A stretch of 64,000 nt of DNA from Thermoplasmata archaeon (GCA_038729465.1 JAVYRZ010000004.1:19860-83859), one strand, 5' to 3'; shown: positions 9,686 to 19,474, counted from the stretch's first letter. Made by a program: numbers and translations. Notes: generated by a model from the letters alone, not told the origin.

Positions 9686-10907
9686 TTTTAAAAATGGTGA
9701 TATGCAAATGAAGATTATTGATAGAGTATGGAATTGGCTGGATACTAGAGGACACATATCTGATATACCATTAAAAGGTATGCCTGATTACTCCCTGAAT
9801 ATTAGCTACTGGATAGGAGCGCTGGTTGCCGCAGCGTTCTTTTATCTGGCCTTAACTGGAATGCTTTTGCTTATGTATTATACCCCTTATTACTATGTAA
9901 GTTCGAATGGGACTATAAATAATCTGGCTTGGACTTCATCCAATAATATATTAACTAAGGTGGCATTTGGAAATTTGCTATTAACTTCACATCAATACAT
10001 GGCTTATGCCATGATATTTTTGATGTTTGTACACTTTTTCAGAAACTATTATCTTGGAGATTATAAAAAACCACGTGAACTTACATGGATAGTGGGTATA
10101 CTAATGTCAATAATTACTATTTTGATGGGTTTCACAGGTTATTTTTTGCCATATACCGAAATATCCAAGGATGCAACCGATGTGGGAATAGGCATGGCTG
10201 GTATTATACCTTACATAGGCAACACTTTGTCTTCAATACTCTCTGGTAATGGAACTATAAGCTCAGAGCTATCTAGATTCCTTGCTTTTCATGTCTTGAT
10301 TTTACCTGCTATATTATTACTTCTGTTCGGATTGCATTTTTATCTATATGAGAAAAATGAGGCTGCACCTCCATTATCTAGCGAATCAAAAAGTGAGAAG
10401 ATAGAACACAAAAAAATAGCATGGTTTCCGGTGTTTCTGGCATATTCTCTAGGAACAGCTTTGCTGTTGTACGGTACCGTATTGATCTGGTCAGCACTGG
10501 AGCCTCTGACATTGCCACCGCCGGTAGGATCTGGCATATCTATAGTTCCAATGCCAGAATGGTACCTTGCTGCATTCTTTAAAATAGTAGATTTTCAGTA
10601 TATAAGCACAAATATCGTATATATTTTATTAATAATAATATTGTTCTTGATACTAGTGCCGTTTTTAGATCGGTCTTCCAGCAGACATCCAAGAGACAGG
10701 CCATTATTCATTGCTATTGTTACCACTTTTATGCAGTATATGATATTGTTTACAATCTGGGCTTATTTACAGCCTGGGGTCGCAGTGCCGGCAACAACCT
10801 GGGTACCGATAAGCGTGGGTATTGGAGCTTATGATATCCTGATAGTTTATGTTTTATATTATAGATATCGAAAAAAGAGTGCTATAAAGGTTGCGGGAGG
10901 CGCATGA
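9666..10907 (+). CDS. cytochrome b (fused b6 / subunit IV-like)
   Basis: Polytopic membrane protein. It has the His pairs expected for bis-haem ligation: H-x13-H in SHQYMAYAMIFLMFVH and H-x14-H in FHVLILPAILLLLFGLH. The true start may be the internal Met at about 9702 (MQMKIIDRVWNWL). Confidence 0.8.
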   Translation: MLLQWVNFKNGDMQMKIIDRVWNWLDTRGHISDIPLKGMPDYSLNISYWIGALVAAAFFYLALTGMLLLMYYTPYYYVSSNGTINNLAWTSSNNILTKVAFGNLLLTSHQYMAYAMIFLMFVHFFRNYYLGDYKKPRELTWIVGILMSIITILMGFTGYFLPYTEISKDATDVGIGMAGIIPYIGNTLSSILSGNGTISSELSRFLAFHVLILPAILLLLFGLHFYLYEKNEAAPPLSSESKSEKIEHKKIAWFPVFLAYSLGTALLLYGTVLIWSALEPLTLPPPVGSGISIVPMPEWYLAAFFKIVDFQYISTNIVYILLIIILFLILVPFLDRSSSRHPRDRPLFIAIVTTFMQYMILFTIWAYLQPGVAVPATTWVPISVGIGAYDILIVYVLYYRYRKKSAIKVAGGA

Positions 10908-11155
10908 GAATGAAAAGACATCCAGCTATGATCTTGTTTTTATTCTTTGCTTTTCTGGTCATGTTAGATACTATATTCATGGGTGAGATTTTTAATCTCA
11001 CAACAATTTTTGCAGAGGGCTTTAATTTTATCTACTTGATCGGAATTATTGTGCTGTCTGTTTTTACGGTGTTTACTACATATTTACTCTTTGAATTTAT
11101 TAAAAAAGTAGAAACGCTGAGGAGATCTATTAGAGGAGGGGATATTAAACAATGA
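10904..11155 (+). CDS. small membrane protein, putative accessory subunit of the Rieske/cyt b complex
   Basis: 83 aa with 2-3 hydrophobic helices. The ATGA start/stop overlap with cytochrome b implies translational coupling. No family recognised. Confidence 0.5.
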   Translation: MRMKRHPAMILFLFFAFLVMLDTIFMGEIFNLTTIFAEGFNFIYLIGIIVLSVFTVFTTYLLFEFIKKVETLRRSIRGGDIKQ

Positions 11156-11349
11156 TACTTTCTGAAAAAACAACAAAAAAAATCATGATCATAGCTTCAT
11201 TGGTATTAATAATACAGATAATTCTTGTAGGTGTGATCTATTATGCTTTTTCAAGATCTGACTATAGTGCATTTGGAGTTGCACTAGGCCTTGAATTTAT
11301 ATTGACTGCAGAAAACCTGTTTCTATTCTCGTTTTTTGGTAAAAGGTAA
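11152..11349 (+). CDS. small membrane protein, putative accessory subunit
   Basis: 65 aa with 2 hydrophobic helices. It overlaps the preceding ORF by 4 nt. No family recognised. Confidence 0.45.
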   Translation: MILSEKTTKKIMIIASLVLIIQIILVGVIYYAFSRSDYSAFGVALGLEFILTAENLFLFSFFGKR

Positions 11350-11354
11350 ATATT

Positions 11355-12080
11355 ATGTATAAAGAATTTAAAAAATTGCAAATCTGGACCGAAGACAGGA
11401 TTGGAATTATGGCACTGGACAACGGAACCAATAACGATATGGATATAGAACTATTATCCGAGATATTGAGTGCGTTAAGTGTTAGCATTACAGACCAGCA
11501 TATAGATTATATTGTTATAACAGGATCCAAAAACACATTTTCTTTGGGTCTTAATTTTTGTGAAAACAGGTTTGAGAACAGTGAAGAGATCCAAATGATA
11601 TTAAATATAGGGCATAGCATCGCTACAACGTTGCTCTCTACCCCAAAGCTGGTGGTCTCTATAATAAATGGCACTGCTGTTGACGCGGGATTAGAACTGG
11701 TTTTACTCTCGGATATTATAATCAGCAAGAAAAACGTGAAAGTTGGATTTCCAGGGTTATGGTTTGATCTGCCACATATAATCGGCACTCCTACCCTGTT
11801 TTCTTTAATTTATGGAAAAAACAAATATTATAAAATGATTTCTGAGCAATTGTACTTATCTGAAAGCATAGACATAATAAACAAAATTTTGCCAGCTGAT
11901 ACGCTAATGAAAAGCGCAAAAGAATATATTACCTATTTGCCTTATTTCCAGAACCGATTCAAAAAAGAGATTTTTAGTCTTTACAGACCTTATCTGGACT
12001 TTGAAAGATATGACTTAATTGCCTTAAATAGCAAGCCTAAAATCAGAGAATTAAGGCAAGAACTGTCAAAAACACTGTAA
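11355..12080 (+). CDS. crotonase-fold (enoyl-CoA hydratase/isomerase family) protein, probably not a canonical hydratase
   Basis: ITGSKNTFSLGLNF and INGTAVDAGLELVLLSD match the crotonase oxyanion-hole regions. The usual second catalytic PE is replaced by PG (VGFPGLWF). It starts 5 nt after the preceding stop. Confidence 0.65.
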   Translation: MYKEFKKLQIWTEDRIGIMALDNGTNNDMDIELLSEILSALSVSITDQHIDYIVITGSKNTFSLGLNFCENRFENSEEIQMILNIGHSIATTLLSTPKLVVSIINGTAVDAGLELVLLSDIIISKKNVKVGFPGLWFDLPHIIGTPTLFSLIYGKNKYYKMISEQLYLSESIDIINKILPADTLMKSAKEYITYLPYFQNRFKKEIFSLYRPYLDFERYDLIALNSKPKIRELRQELSKTL

Positions 12081-12090
12081 ATGTTTACGA

Positions 12091-12879
12091 TTATTTCTTA
12101 TACACGATCTTTGATATCAAAGCTCCCGCAATGTAGAGCCCTGAGAGAATCAGCCCGATCATAGTCTCAATTATTCCACCTGTTGCTCCCGGTGAAACTA
12201 GCAAGGCTATAAAAAAAGAAACTACTACGGCATACTTCCAGTTTTTAAGCCATGTTTGGGGACTTACTAATCCTATGTATGACAAAAATACAATTATGAC
12301 AGGCATTTCAAATGATAACCCTGTCAGAATTATGATTTTTACTACGAGCGTAAAAAATCCAAGCACGCTCATCGTAGGTATAACATTTAGATCTGAAGCG
12401 AAAATCAATACCACCTTGAATAACAACGGCAAAATAATGTAGTATGCAAAGGAAGCACCTAGCAAAAATAGGATTATCGAAGGGAGAATGATGTATAATA
12501 TTGCCTTTTTCTCTTTTTTGTACAGGGCCGGAGACAGATACTTAATAGCAAAATACAAGATAAATGGAACTGAAAATATTAAAGCAAGAGCAAGCCCAGA
12601 ATAGATATCAACAAATATCAGATCAAATGGATTAATATTGATTAAGATCAGGCCATGGGAAAGAGTAGTATCTTTAATGTATATAAAAAATGAAATAGAA
12701 AAGCTGTGAAAAAAATCGGGATAAGGATAGTAGATGTTTATGTTGTTAAACCTGTATATCTTGTAACTAAGGAAAAGCACAGATACAAAAAATATGAAAA
12801 AAACCAATAAAATACGTTTTAAAAAAGAGACTAAAATTTTATAGTTTTCAATAATATCCTTAAACTCCATGAAACTCAA
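12091..12879 (-). CDS. tatC: twin-arginine translocase subunit TatC
   Basis: 262 aa, 6 TM. TatC-like blocks include LSPALYKKEKK, GLSFEMPVIIVFLSYIGLV and KYAVVVSFFIALLVSP. It lies directly downstream of tatA. Confidence 0.8.
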   Translation of the reverse strand: MSFMEFKDIIENYKILVSFLKRILLVFFIFFVSVLFLSYKIYRFNNINIYYPYPDFFHSFSISFFIYIKDTTLSHGLILININPFDLIFVDIYSGLALALIFSVPFILYFAIKYLSPALYKKEKKAILYIILPSIILFLLGASFAYYIILPLLFKVVLIFASDLNVIPTMSVLGFFTLVVKIIILTGLSFEMPVIIVFLSYIGLVSPQTWLKNWKYAVVVSFFIALLVSPGATGGIIETMIGLILSGLYIAGALISKIVYKK

Positions 12880-12895
12880 CTAATTAGAAAATGGC

Positions 12896-13114
12896 TTATT
12901 TTTTTGTTTCTGATTCGTTATCTTTGTTTTTAGACTCTATGCTTTTTTTGATCTCTTCTTCAACTTCCATCTGGCCACGCTTAAACTCGCCCATGGCCCT
13001 TCCCAGCGATTTTGCGAACTCTGGTATCTTTTTTGCGCCGCCGAACAGTACCAATATTACTACTATCAAAATCAGCCAATCCATTATATTTCCTATCATT
13101 CTTATTACCTTCAC
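12896..13114 (-). CDS. tatA: twin-arginine translocase subunit TatA/E
   Basis: LILIVVILVLFGGAKKIPEFAKSLGRAMGEFKRG is the canonical TatA TM plus amphipathic helix. The start is probably one of the internal Met codons (for example MDWL at about 13084). Confidence 0.85.
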   Translation of the reverse strand: MKVIRMIGNIMDWLILIVVILVLFGGAKKIPEFAKSLGRAMGEFKRGQMEVEEEIKKSIESKNKDNESETKK

Positions 13115-13184
13115 AATACCTATTTAATTAAAATATTTAAGATTTGCGCATGCACACTCTATAAATACTATCTCAAAGTATAAA

Positions 13185-13709
13185 TCATAAGATTTCCATT
13201 TTATCATTCTCTAAAAACCTATTTTTGCTAGTTATAATGTGAATAGCCTCTCCTATTAATAATCCAGAAGTTAAGGCAAGTATTGAGTCAATACTTATAT
13301 CTATAATAAAAGTAGAAGGTAACAAAAATTCCATAGTAATACGCACTATAAATGAAATTAGCCAGAAAAAAAGAATGAAAGTGGATCGCTTATAATATAG
13401 CGTGCCGTTTTTGTAAAAAAATGAAACTTTCTCCCCAAACCTGATGCCTAATATAAGCCCTCCAATAATAAAGATAAAAGTAATGAAGAAAAATGGCTCT
13501 AAAATGGCACTTGGCACTATGAACGCGATGGTAATGAGAATATATAAAACAGGAAGGGTAAGCACTCGTCTCGCACTGTATGCCCTGCCTCTTATGCCTC
13601 TATACACTCTTCTTGTTACTATCAACACGAATATTGCAAATACAATTAGTATAGTAGACAAATTTTCCGCAGATCCAGAAGGTGTTGCATTCATGTATAA
13701 AAATATCAC
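13185..13709 (-). CDS. hypothetical polytopic membrane protein
   Basis: 174 aa with 4-5 hydrophobic segments and an Arg-rich loop (RRVYRGIRGRAYSARR). No family confidently recognised. Confidence 0.45.
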   Translation of the reverse strand: MIFLYMNATPSGSAENLSTILIVFAIFVLIVTRRVYRGIRGRAYSARRVLTLPVLYILITIAFIVPSAILEPFFFITFIFIIGGLILGIRFGEKVSFFYKNGTLYYKRSTFILFFWLISFIVRITMEFLLPSTFIIDISIDSILALTSGLLIGEAIHIITSKNRFLENDKMEIL

Positions 13710-13910
13710 ATTAGACCCTATTGTTACGGCAAATATTAAGTTTTGCCAGTATTGTCAAAAAGCCTAAGCTATAGATGATGTATGATGTTTTTTAAGCCTT
13801 CAGAGCATAGATCACTGCTAGAAAAAGCAAATTCAGTCTAAGATTGGGAAATCTAGCATGATAATAAAGAATATTCAAAAATTATATTAAATAAATAGTA
13901 TTTAGTACAG

Positions 13911-15281
13911 ATGATGAACTCTAAAGAGAAGCGAATACTCCTCATACTAAGTTTTACTTCATTTTTAATCATGTACACTGAAGCTATGATGATTCCAGCA
14001 CTACCACAGATCCTGGCTGAGTTGAATTATTCTATTAGCTCTTCCAGTTTAGCATGGATAATCACTTCGTATCTCTTAGTAGCTGCGACTACCATGGCAT
14101 TGTTAGCTAAGTTGAGCGAAAGATATGGCAGAAAAGTTATATTGTTACTCTCCATTTTGATTTATTTAATTTCTGTTTCTCTAAGCGGATTCCAAGTTTT
14201 TTATACTAATCTGATAATCTTGAGGGGCATTCAGGGCATTGGAGCAGGGGTATTTCCTATCTCTTATTCTATTATTTCAGACCAGTTTGATAAACATAAT
14301 GTCGGCTTGGCACAGGGCGTTTTAAGTTCTATGTTTGCACTGGGAGCTAGCATGGGAATAATCGGCGGAGCGATGATAGATTATTTGTCAAACTGGCAAT
14401 GGTCTTATCACACTATTGTTCCTTTTGTAATATTGGACCTGGTCTTTGTTTTAATGTATATTCCGAAAGATTACAATGACAAAAATATTAAAATCGATAT
14501 GCCCGGCATAGTTACATTGGGTATTACATTGTTCTTTTTTGTATATTCTCTAACTCTTCCATTTAGTTCTGCACAATGGTATATGGCACTTTCTTTAGTC
14601 ATATTCATATTGTTCATAATGATTGAATGGATATCTACAAATCCGATTGTAAGACTGGATATTCTTAAAAGTAGAGAAGTAATGATCGCAAACATCACAG
14701 CTTTTTTTATAGGAGTTACACAGTTTGAGTTTTATCAGCCGATTATATTAAAACTTACTAATCCCGGTATCTTTGGTTTTAATTTAAACTATTTGCAAGC
14801 GGGACTTATTATATTGCCTTATTCTGTGATAATGCTTATTATATCTCCAGTCGTAGGATTTAATCTTAATAAAATTAGCAAGCGGTTTTTTTTAATTTTT
14901 GGGTCAATGCTTATATTTGCTGGATATTCACTTCTCGGAGTTTTCAATAATAATCTAATATTAATAATAGTTTGGGAGTTATTCATCTCCTCAGGACTGG
15001 CAATAGATCTCGTCTCTTCCATAAATCTTCTTACAACTTCTGTTTCGAGGGAAATAATACCCTCGGCAACTGGCATGAACATGATAGCAAGAACTGCAGG
15101 GGGAGTGGTTGGAGGAACGATTGCAGGGTACATACTTTCAAATTATACATATTATTATAACTTTAATATTTACGCTTTACCAATAATATTACCTGACAAA
15201 TTCTCGTATTTGTTTGTTTTTAGTGTTGCGGCCATATTTGCTATTATTATTTTGATAACCGCACTATTTTCAAAAAAATAA
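13911..15281 (+). CDS. MFS transporter (14-TM drug:H+ antiporter-like)
   Basis: 456 aa with about 14 TM segments. MFS motifs include LSERYGRKVILL and RGIQGIGAG. Confidence 0.75.
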   Translation: MMNSKEKRILLILSFTSFLIMYTEAMMIPALPQILAELNYSISSSSLAWIITSYLLVAATTMALLAKLSERYGRKVILLLSILIYLISVSLSGFQVFYTNLIILRGIQGIGAGVFPISYSIISDQFDKHNVGLAQGVLSSMFALGASMGIIGGAMIDYLSNWQWSYHTIVPFVILDLVFVLMYIPKDYNDKNIKIDMPGIVTLGITLFFFVYSLTLPFSSAQWYMALSLVIFILFIMIEWISTNPIVRLDILKSREVMIANITAFFIGVTQFEFYQPIILKLTNPGIFGFNLNYLQAGLIILPYSVIMLIISPVVGFNLNKISKRFFLIFGSMLIFAGYSLLGVFNNNLILIIVWELFISSGLAIDLVSSINLLTTSVSREIIPSATGMNMIARTAGGVVGGTIAGYILSNYTYYYNFNIYALPIILPDKFSYLFVFSVAAIFAIIILITALFSKK

Positions 15282-15292
15282 AATTAAAGTGT

Positions 15293-16435
15293 TTATTTTT
15301 TATGTGCAGGATTTTTGTATATTAGTGCTATAATTGCAGTGCCTATTAGAATTACTATGATTATCATTGCTATCAATATGGTTGTGATAGGTAATATAAA
15401 ACTACTAGTGCTAGAAGGTGATGAAGAAGATATACTAAGTGAATAAAAGGATGGTGCTATGCTTTTTACAAATGCAGATTCTCCTTGATATCCTTGCCAT
15501 ATGGCAAATGCAACACTGTATGTTTTCCCCTGACCAAACTGAACCTCATAGCTTGAGAGCTGCGAAGGAGTTGTGAAAGATCTTGCATACTCGACTGTCC
15601 AGTTACCGTTTGAATAGTTTGCAGCAGTCCAGACAATATATGGATCTACATTTACAGTTTCAGGCACCGGATTATACCAGCTTGCATAGGTGTTTCCTCC
15701 AATGCCTACCTGGTACAGATTAGTTTGATTTGAGTACAGATTCAAAGCGAAACTATGCGTCGGAGTTGTGTTTGTTCCTGTTGCAGTAGTATTTGTCCAC
15801 AAATTCCAGGCAGGATCTTTTGAAGAGTTGTCTGTAGATCCAAATTCCCATTCCCAAATATTGGCTGCTCCAGTGGATAGAGAACCGCCGTTAGCGCCTA
15901 GATTCATACAGTCAGAAGTTGCACCAAGGCTCCACATAATTGCCATTCTATCTGGATAATAGTATGTCGCATTGTGAAAAAGTCCTACTAATGTACCGTT
16001 TTCAACAGCCTGCTGTTCCTGGGTTCTGTTAGGGTTATCTATATAATAGGTACCTGTACTGTTTTTACCTTCAAGAATTGCAACTGTATTAAATCCAAAT
16101 GCAGAAGAGCCTAAATATGATGGATTGCTATCCTGCCAAGTAATTAGCATGTATATGTCAGTATTAGTATGCGCAGATTTCACACTGATTTGAGGTGTAT
16201 GACCGCCCCCCTGCACAGACTCTATTAAAGAGATTGGTGTCCACGGAATGTTTTTCCAATACGATTCCGTACCAGGTGCAGTCCAGTTAGGTGTACCTGT
16301 TACACTATATGATATTATCGTGTTAGAACTCTGTGCATTAACTATGTTCAAAAAGCCGGTAAACCCTATTATAGCTACCGCAGCAACTAAAATAGATAAC
16401 ACTGCTTTCTTACCGAAAATGTTTGATTTGCCCAT
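15293..16435 (-). CDS. secreted, C-terminally membrane-anchored glycoprotein with EB_dh/DOMON-like (haem-binding) domain
   Basis: It has an N-terminal signal peptide, a Ser-rich stalk and a C-terminal TM, plus many N-x-S/T sequons. YWKNIPW...ISVKSAHTNTDIYMLITWQD...DRMAIMW fits the ethylbenzene-dehydrogenase-gamma-like domain pattern. This is a by-eye assignment. Confidence 0.5.
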   Translation of the reverse strand: MGKSNIFGKKAVLSILVAAVAIIGFTGFLNIVNAQSSNTIISYSVTGTPNWTAPGTESYWKNIPWTPISLIESVQGGGHTPQISVKSAHTNTDIYMLITWQDSNPSYLGSSAFGFNTVAILEGKNSTGTYYIDNPNRTQEQQAVENGTLVGLFHNATYYYPDRMAIMWSLGATSDCMNLGANGGSLSTGAANIWEWEFGSTDNSSKDPAWNLWTNTTATGTNTTPTHSFALNLYSNQTNLYQVGIGGNTYASWYNPVPETVNVDPYIVWTAANYSNGNWTVEYARSFTTPSQLSSYEVQFGQGKTYSVAFAIWQGYQGESAFVKSIAPSFYSLSISSSSPSSTSSFILPITTILIAMIIIVILIGTAIIALIYKNPAHKK

Positions 16436-17043
16436 AAGTCGATAAAACTCATTCTGCTATTTATAGATTATTATTTTTCATTGCTGAGTAGTGTTGCTTT
16501 ATATTATGAATTATTTTTGTCTTTATAATTAAGCTCATAATATTTTATATATATAAGTTAAGAATTTCCAGATCCTGTCATCAAGAATGGTAATATACCA
16601 GGCTTTATAACGGTCTGTAAAAAAAGTAGAGAGGTTAACTACAATTTTTCGAAAGATTAGGTCTAACGATTTTTAAAAATTTGCTTTATACCTAAAAATT
16701 ATGAACAATTAAATAAAGATAGATTAAAAAATAGGATAATTTCGCAAAGATATGATAGGTCTATTTGTATGTTGTTTAGAAATTTAGATATATTCACATT
16801 CTTTTTTATAGTAATATTAGGCATATTTAATCTATTTATTGTTGTTAAGATTAAAAAAATTTTTGTTAAAGAGATTTTTTTAGAGTGTTTATTGATCTTT
16901 GTATGCTCTGAAATCACATTCGCAGGTTTCTCAATAAGTTTTCTAAAAATCCTATCTATAGTATAAGTGTTATAAATTAGAGATATTTAAAAATCTGCCG
17001 ATAGTCTGGTGAAAAGTCAATATATTTAAATATTGGAAACACA

Positions 17044-18219
17044 ATGAATTATTATATGATATCTTTTATTTCTAATGAGCTTGAAGATTTTCGTATAAAG
17101 ATCAGGAAATTCTGTGAAGAAAATATTCAAAAAAACGCAAGCAGATGGGATGAAAACGAAGAGTTTCCGGTTGAATCTCACAAGGCATTGGCGGAGGAAG
17201 GAATATTAGGATTAGGCATACCAGAAGAATATGGAGGTACTGACCCGAGCAAGATCAAAGAAATTATTGCAACTGAAGAAATTGCGCGCGTGGACTCTAA
17301 CACTGCCATACTGATGGAATTGAAAAGTTTATACGAAAACACGATTCTCTTCTTTGGCAATGAGAATCAGAAGAAAACGTTGAAAGAAATTGTAGCAGGG
17401 GAAAAAATACCAGCATTTGCATTTACAGAGCCTGTTGGAGGAACAGACGTGGGAGGTATCAGAAGCACTGCAAAAAAAGTTAATGATACATATTATCTGA
17501 CAGGCTCTAAGAATTTTATCACAAATGCTCTGGTTGCGGACTATTTTATTGTATTTGCAAAAACAGCACCGGAACTGAGAGAGAGAGGAATATCTGCATT
17601 TCTGGTTGAAAAAAATACGCCGAATTTTAGAATTGGACCTAAGATTCATATGACTGGTATGAGAGGTACTGCAATTTCTTCGCTCTATTATAATAACTCT
17701 CCAATCACTGAAAGATCTATAATTGGCACTGAAAACATGGGACTAAAGATCTTTTCTACAGTGCTTGAAAGAGCAAGGGTAACATTGTCTGCAGGATCGC
17801 TTGGCATGATGCAGAGAATTTTTGAAGAATCTGTTAGATTTGCAAATAACAGAGAAAGTAATGGATTGTCGATCATAAATTATCAGTATATACAGAATTA
17901 TATATCAGAGATATTAACTAATCTTGAAGCATCAAGGCTTCTTGTTTACAACACTGCAATGTTGATGGATATGAAAAAGCCTATAAGCATAGAAAGCACT
18001 GCTACAAAGCTTTTTGTAACTGAGGCATTGATGAAAAGTGTAGAAAATAGTCTTCATGTTTCTGGCGGATTTGGATACTTACGTGGTACTGTTATAGAAA
18101 GGTTTGCTAGAGACGCACATGCATCTACATTGGGACTCGGATCTTCTGAAGCAATGAAAATCATTCTCACGCATTTGATTAAGCAATCAAACGTAAAGAA
18201 TAAAAACAAGTTTGCATAG
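17044..18219 (+). CDS. acyl-CoA dehydrogenase family protein
   Basis: 391 aa. It has the ACAD pattern FAFTEPVGGTD, LTGSKNFITNA and GGFGYLRG. Confidence 0.85.
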   Translation: MNYYMISFISNELEDFRIKIRKFCEENIQKNASRWDENEEFPVESHKALAEEGILGLGIPEEYGGTDPSKIKEIIATEEIARVDSNTAILMELKSLYENTILFFGNENQKKTLKEIVAGEKIPAFAFTEPVGGTDVGGIRSTAKKVNDTYYLTGSKNFITNALVADYFIVFAKTAPELRERGISAFLVEKNTPNFRIGPKIHMTGMRGTAISSLYYNNSPITERSIIGTENMGLKIFSTVLERARVTLSAGSLGMMQRIFEESVRFANNRESNGLSIINYQYIQNYISEILTNLEASRLLVYNTAMLMDMKKPISIESTATKLFVTEALMKSVENSLHVSGGFGYLRGTVIERFARDAHASTLGLGSSEAMKIILTHLIKQSNVKNKNKFA

Positions 18220-18248
18220 AGAAAATAAACAATATAGAGACTGAAAGC

Positions 18249-19412
18249 TTATAACTCTCTTTTTATCAATTTTGATGCTTCAATGATATGCATTGTATCT
18301 GCACTAAACGAAAATCGGATATGATTCTCTCCATTTTTGCCAAACACAGAACCTGGTACAGTGCCTATTTTCTCTTTTTCAAGAATAGATCTTGAAAATT
18401 CCCATGAGTTTTTAATGCCTTTAGGATATCTCTTGATGCGTGCCCACAGATAAAATGTACCTTCGGGTAATATAGGATTAAAGTATCTTGAATTTTTTAC
18501 AGCATCGTAAAGTATATCTCTCCGCTTTTGGTACTCTTTTCTCATCTTCTCAATCTCATCCTGTGAACTGCTTAAAGCTGCAAGTGCACCATACTGTACA
18601 ATCGAAGCTACACCATTGACTGTGTATCTGAGCATTTTTCTTGCACGCTCTATCAGCTGATCGTGGTCCAAATAGATATATCCTATTCTCAAGCCACTCA
18701 TAGCATAACTTTTTGACATTGAAAAAATTGAGATTGTGTCTGGATAAATTGAAGCCGGGCTAATATGTTTATTATTATCGAATATTATGTCTTCATATGC
18801 TTCATCGCTCACGATAAAACTGTTTTTTTCAGCCGCAAATCTGGCAATTTTTTTCAGTTCTTCAATCTTAAACACTTTGCCAGTAGGATTGTGAGGAGAA
18901 CTGATGAATATAGCACGGATATTTTCAAGTTCTGAAATATTTTCCAAATCTTTATAGTGATCGATCGAGATGCTTATTGGCTTTCCGCCAGCAAGTTTTA
19001 TTATTTCTCCAATATCAGACCACATAGGGTCTGGAACTATTACTTTGTCGCCTCTGGATAACAGAGATCTGAATATGATATAAAGCGCATTCGTACCCCC
19101 GCTCGTAACTAAGACATTGTCTGAAATTGCATTTTTTATCTTGTTCTTTTTTCTTAATTTAATTGAAATATATTCTCTAAGCTCTGGAATACCTGCAGAC
19201 TCTGTATAATGGGTCTTGCCGGTAATCAAAGCCTCTTTAATAGCATTGCTTATATTATCTGAAACATTGAAAGATGGATCACCAGACTCTAATCTGTATA
19301 CTTTTTTTCCTTCGCTCTGCAATTTTAACATCAAGTCTCTAATCTGGGCTATATCATTTACTGCAACGTTATCCAAAACATTTTTTTTAAGTTGGGCTTT
19401 TTCCATAAACAA
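18249..19412 (-). CDS. class I/II PLP-dependent aminotransferase (aspartate aminotransferase-like)
   Basis: SPHNPTGKV and the Schiff-base lysine context SMSKSYAMSGLRIGY. Confidence 0.85.
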   Translation of the reverse strand: MFMEKAQLKKNVLDNVAVNDIAQIRDLMLKLQSEGKKVYRLESGDPSFNVSDNISNAIKEALITGKTHYTESAGIPELREYISIKLRKKNKIKNAISDNVLVTSGGTNALYIIFRSLLSRGDKVIVPDPMWSDIGEIIKLAGGKPISISIDHYKDLENISELENIRAIFISSPHNPTGKVFKIEELKKIARFAAEKNSFIVSDEAYEDIIFDNNKHISPASIYPDTISIFSMSKSYAMSGLRIGYIYLDHDQLIERARKMLRYTVNGVASIVQYGALAALSSSQDEIEKMRKEYQKRRDILYDAVKNSRYFNPILPEGTFYLWARIKRYPKGIKNSWEFSRSILEKEKIGTVPGSVFGKNGENHIRFSFSADTMHIIEASKLIKREL

Positions 19413-19474
19413 TAATGATTAACTCAAGTATATTAAAATTCTCTTTTGTTCTTGTGTACAAATGATTAAATATA

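Noticed and set aside
12891-13127. A 78-aa plus-strand ORF opposite tatA.
   Set aside because: The minus-strand frame encodes a textbook TatA, so the plus-strand ORF is its mirror.
16436-17043. Possible replication origin, given the long AT-rich spacer.
   Set aside because: There is no adjacent cdc6/orc1 gene. I could not find repeated ORB or mini-ORB-like elements, and there is only one weak TTCCAG-like match. Divergent promoters are sufficient to explain the region.
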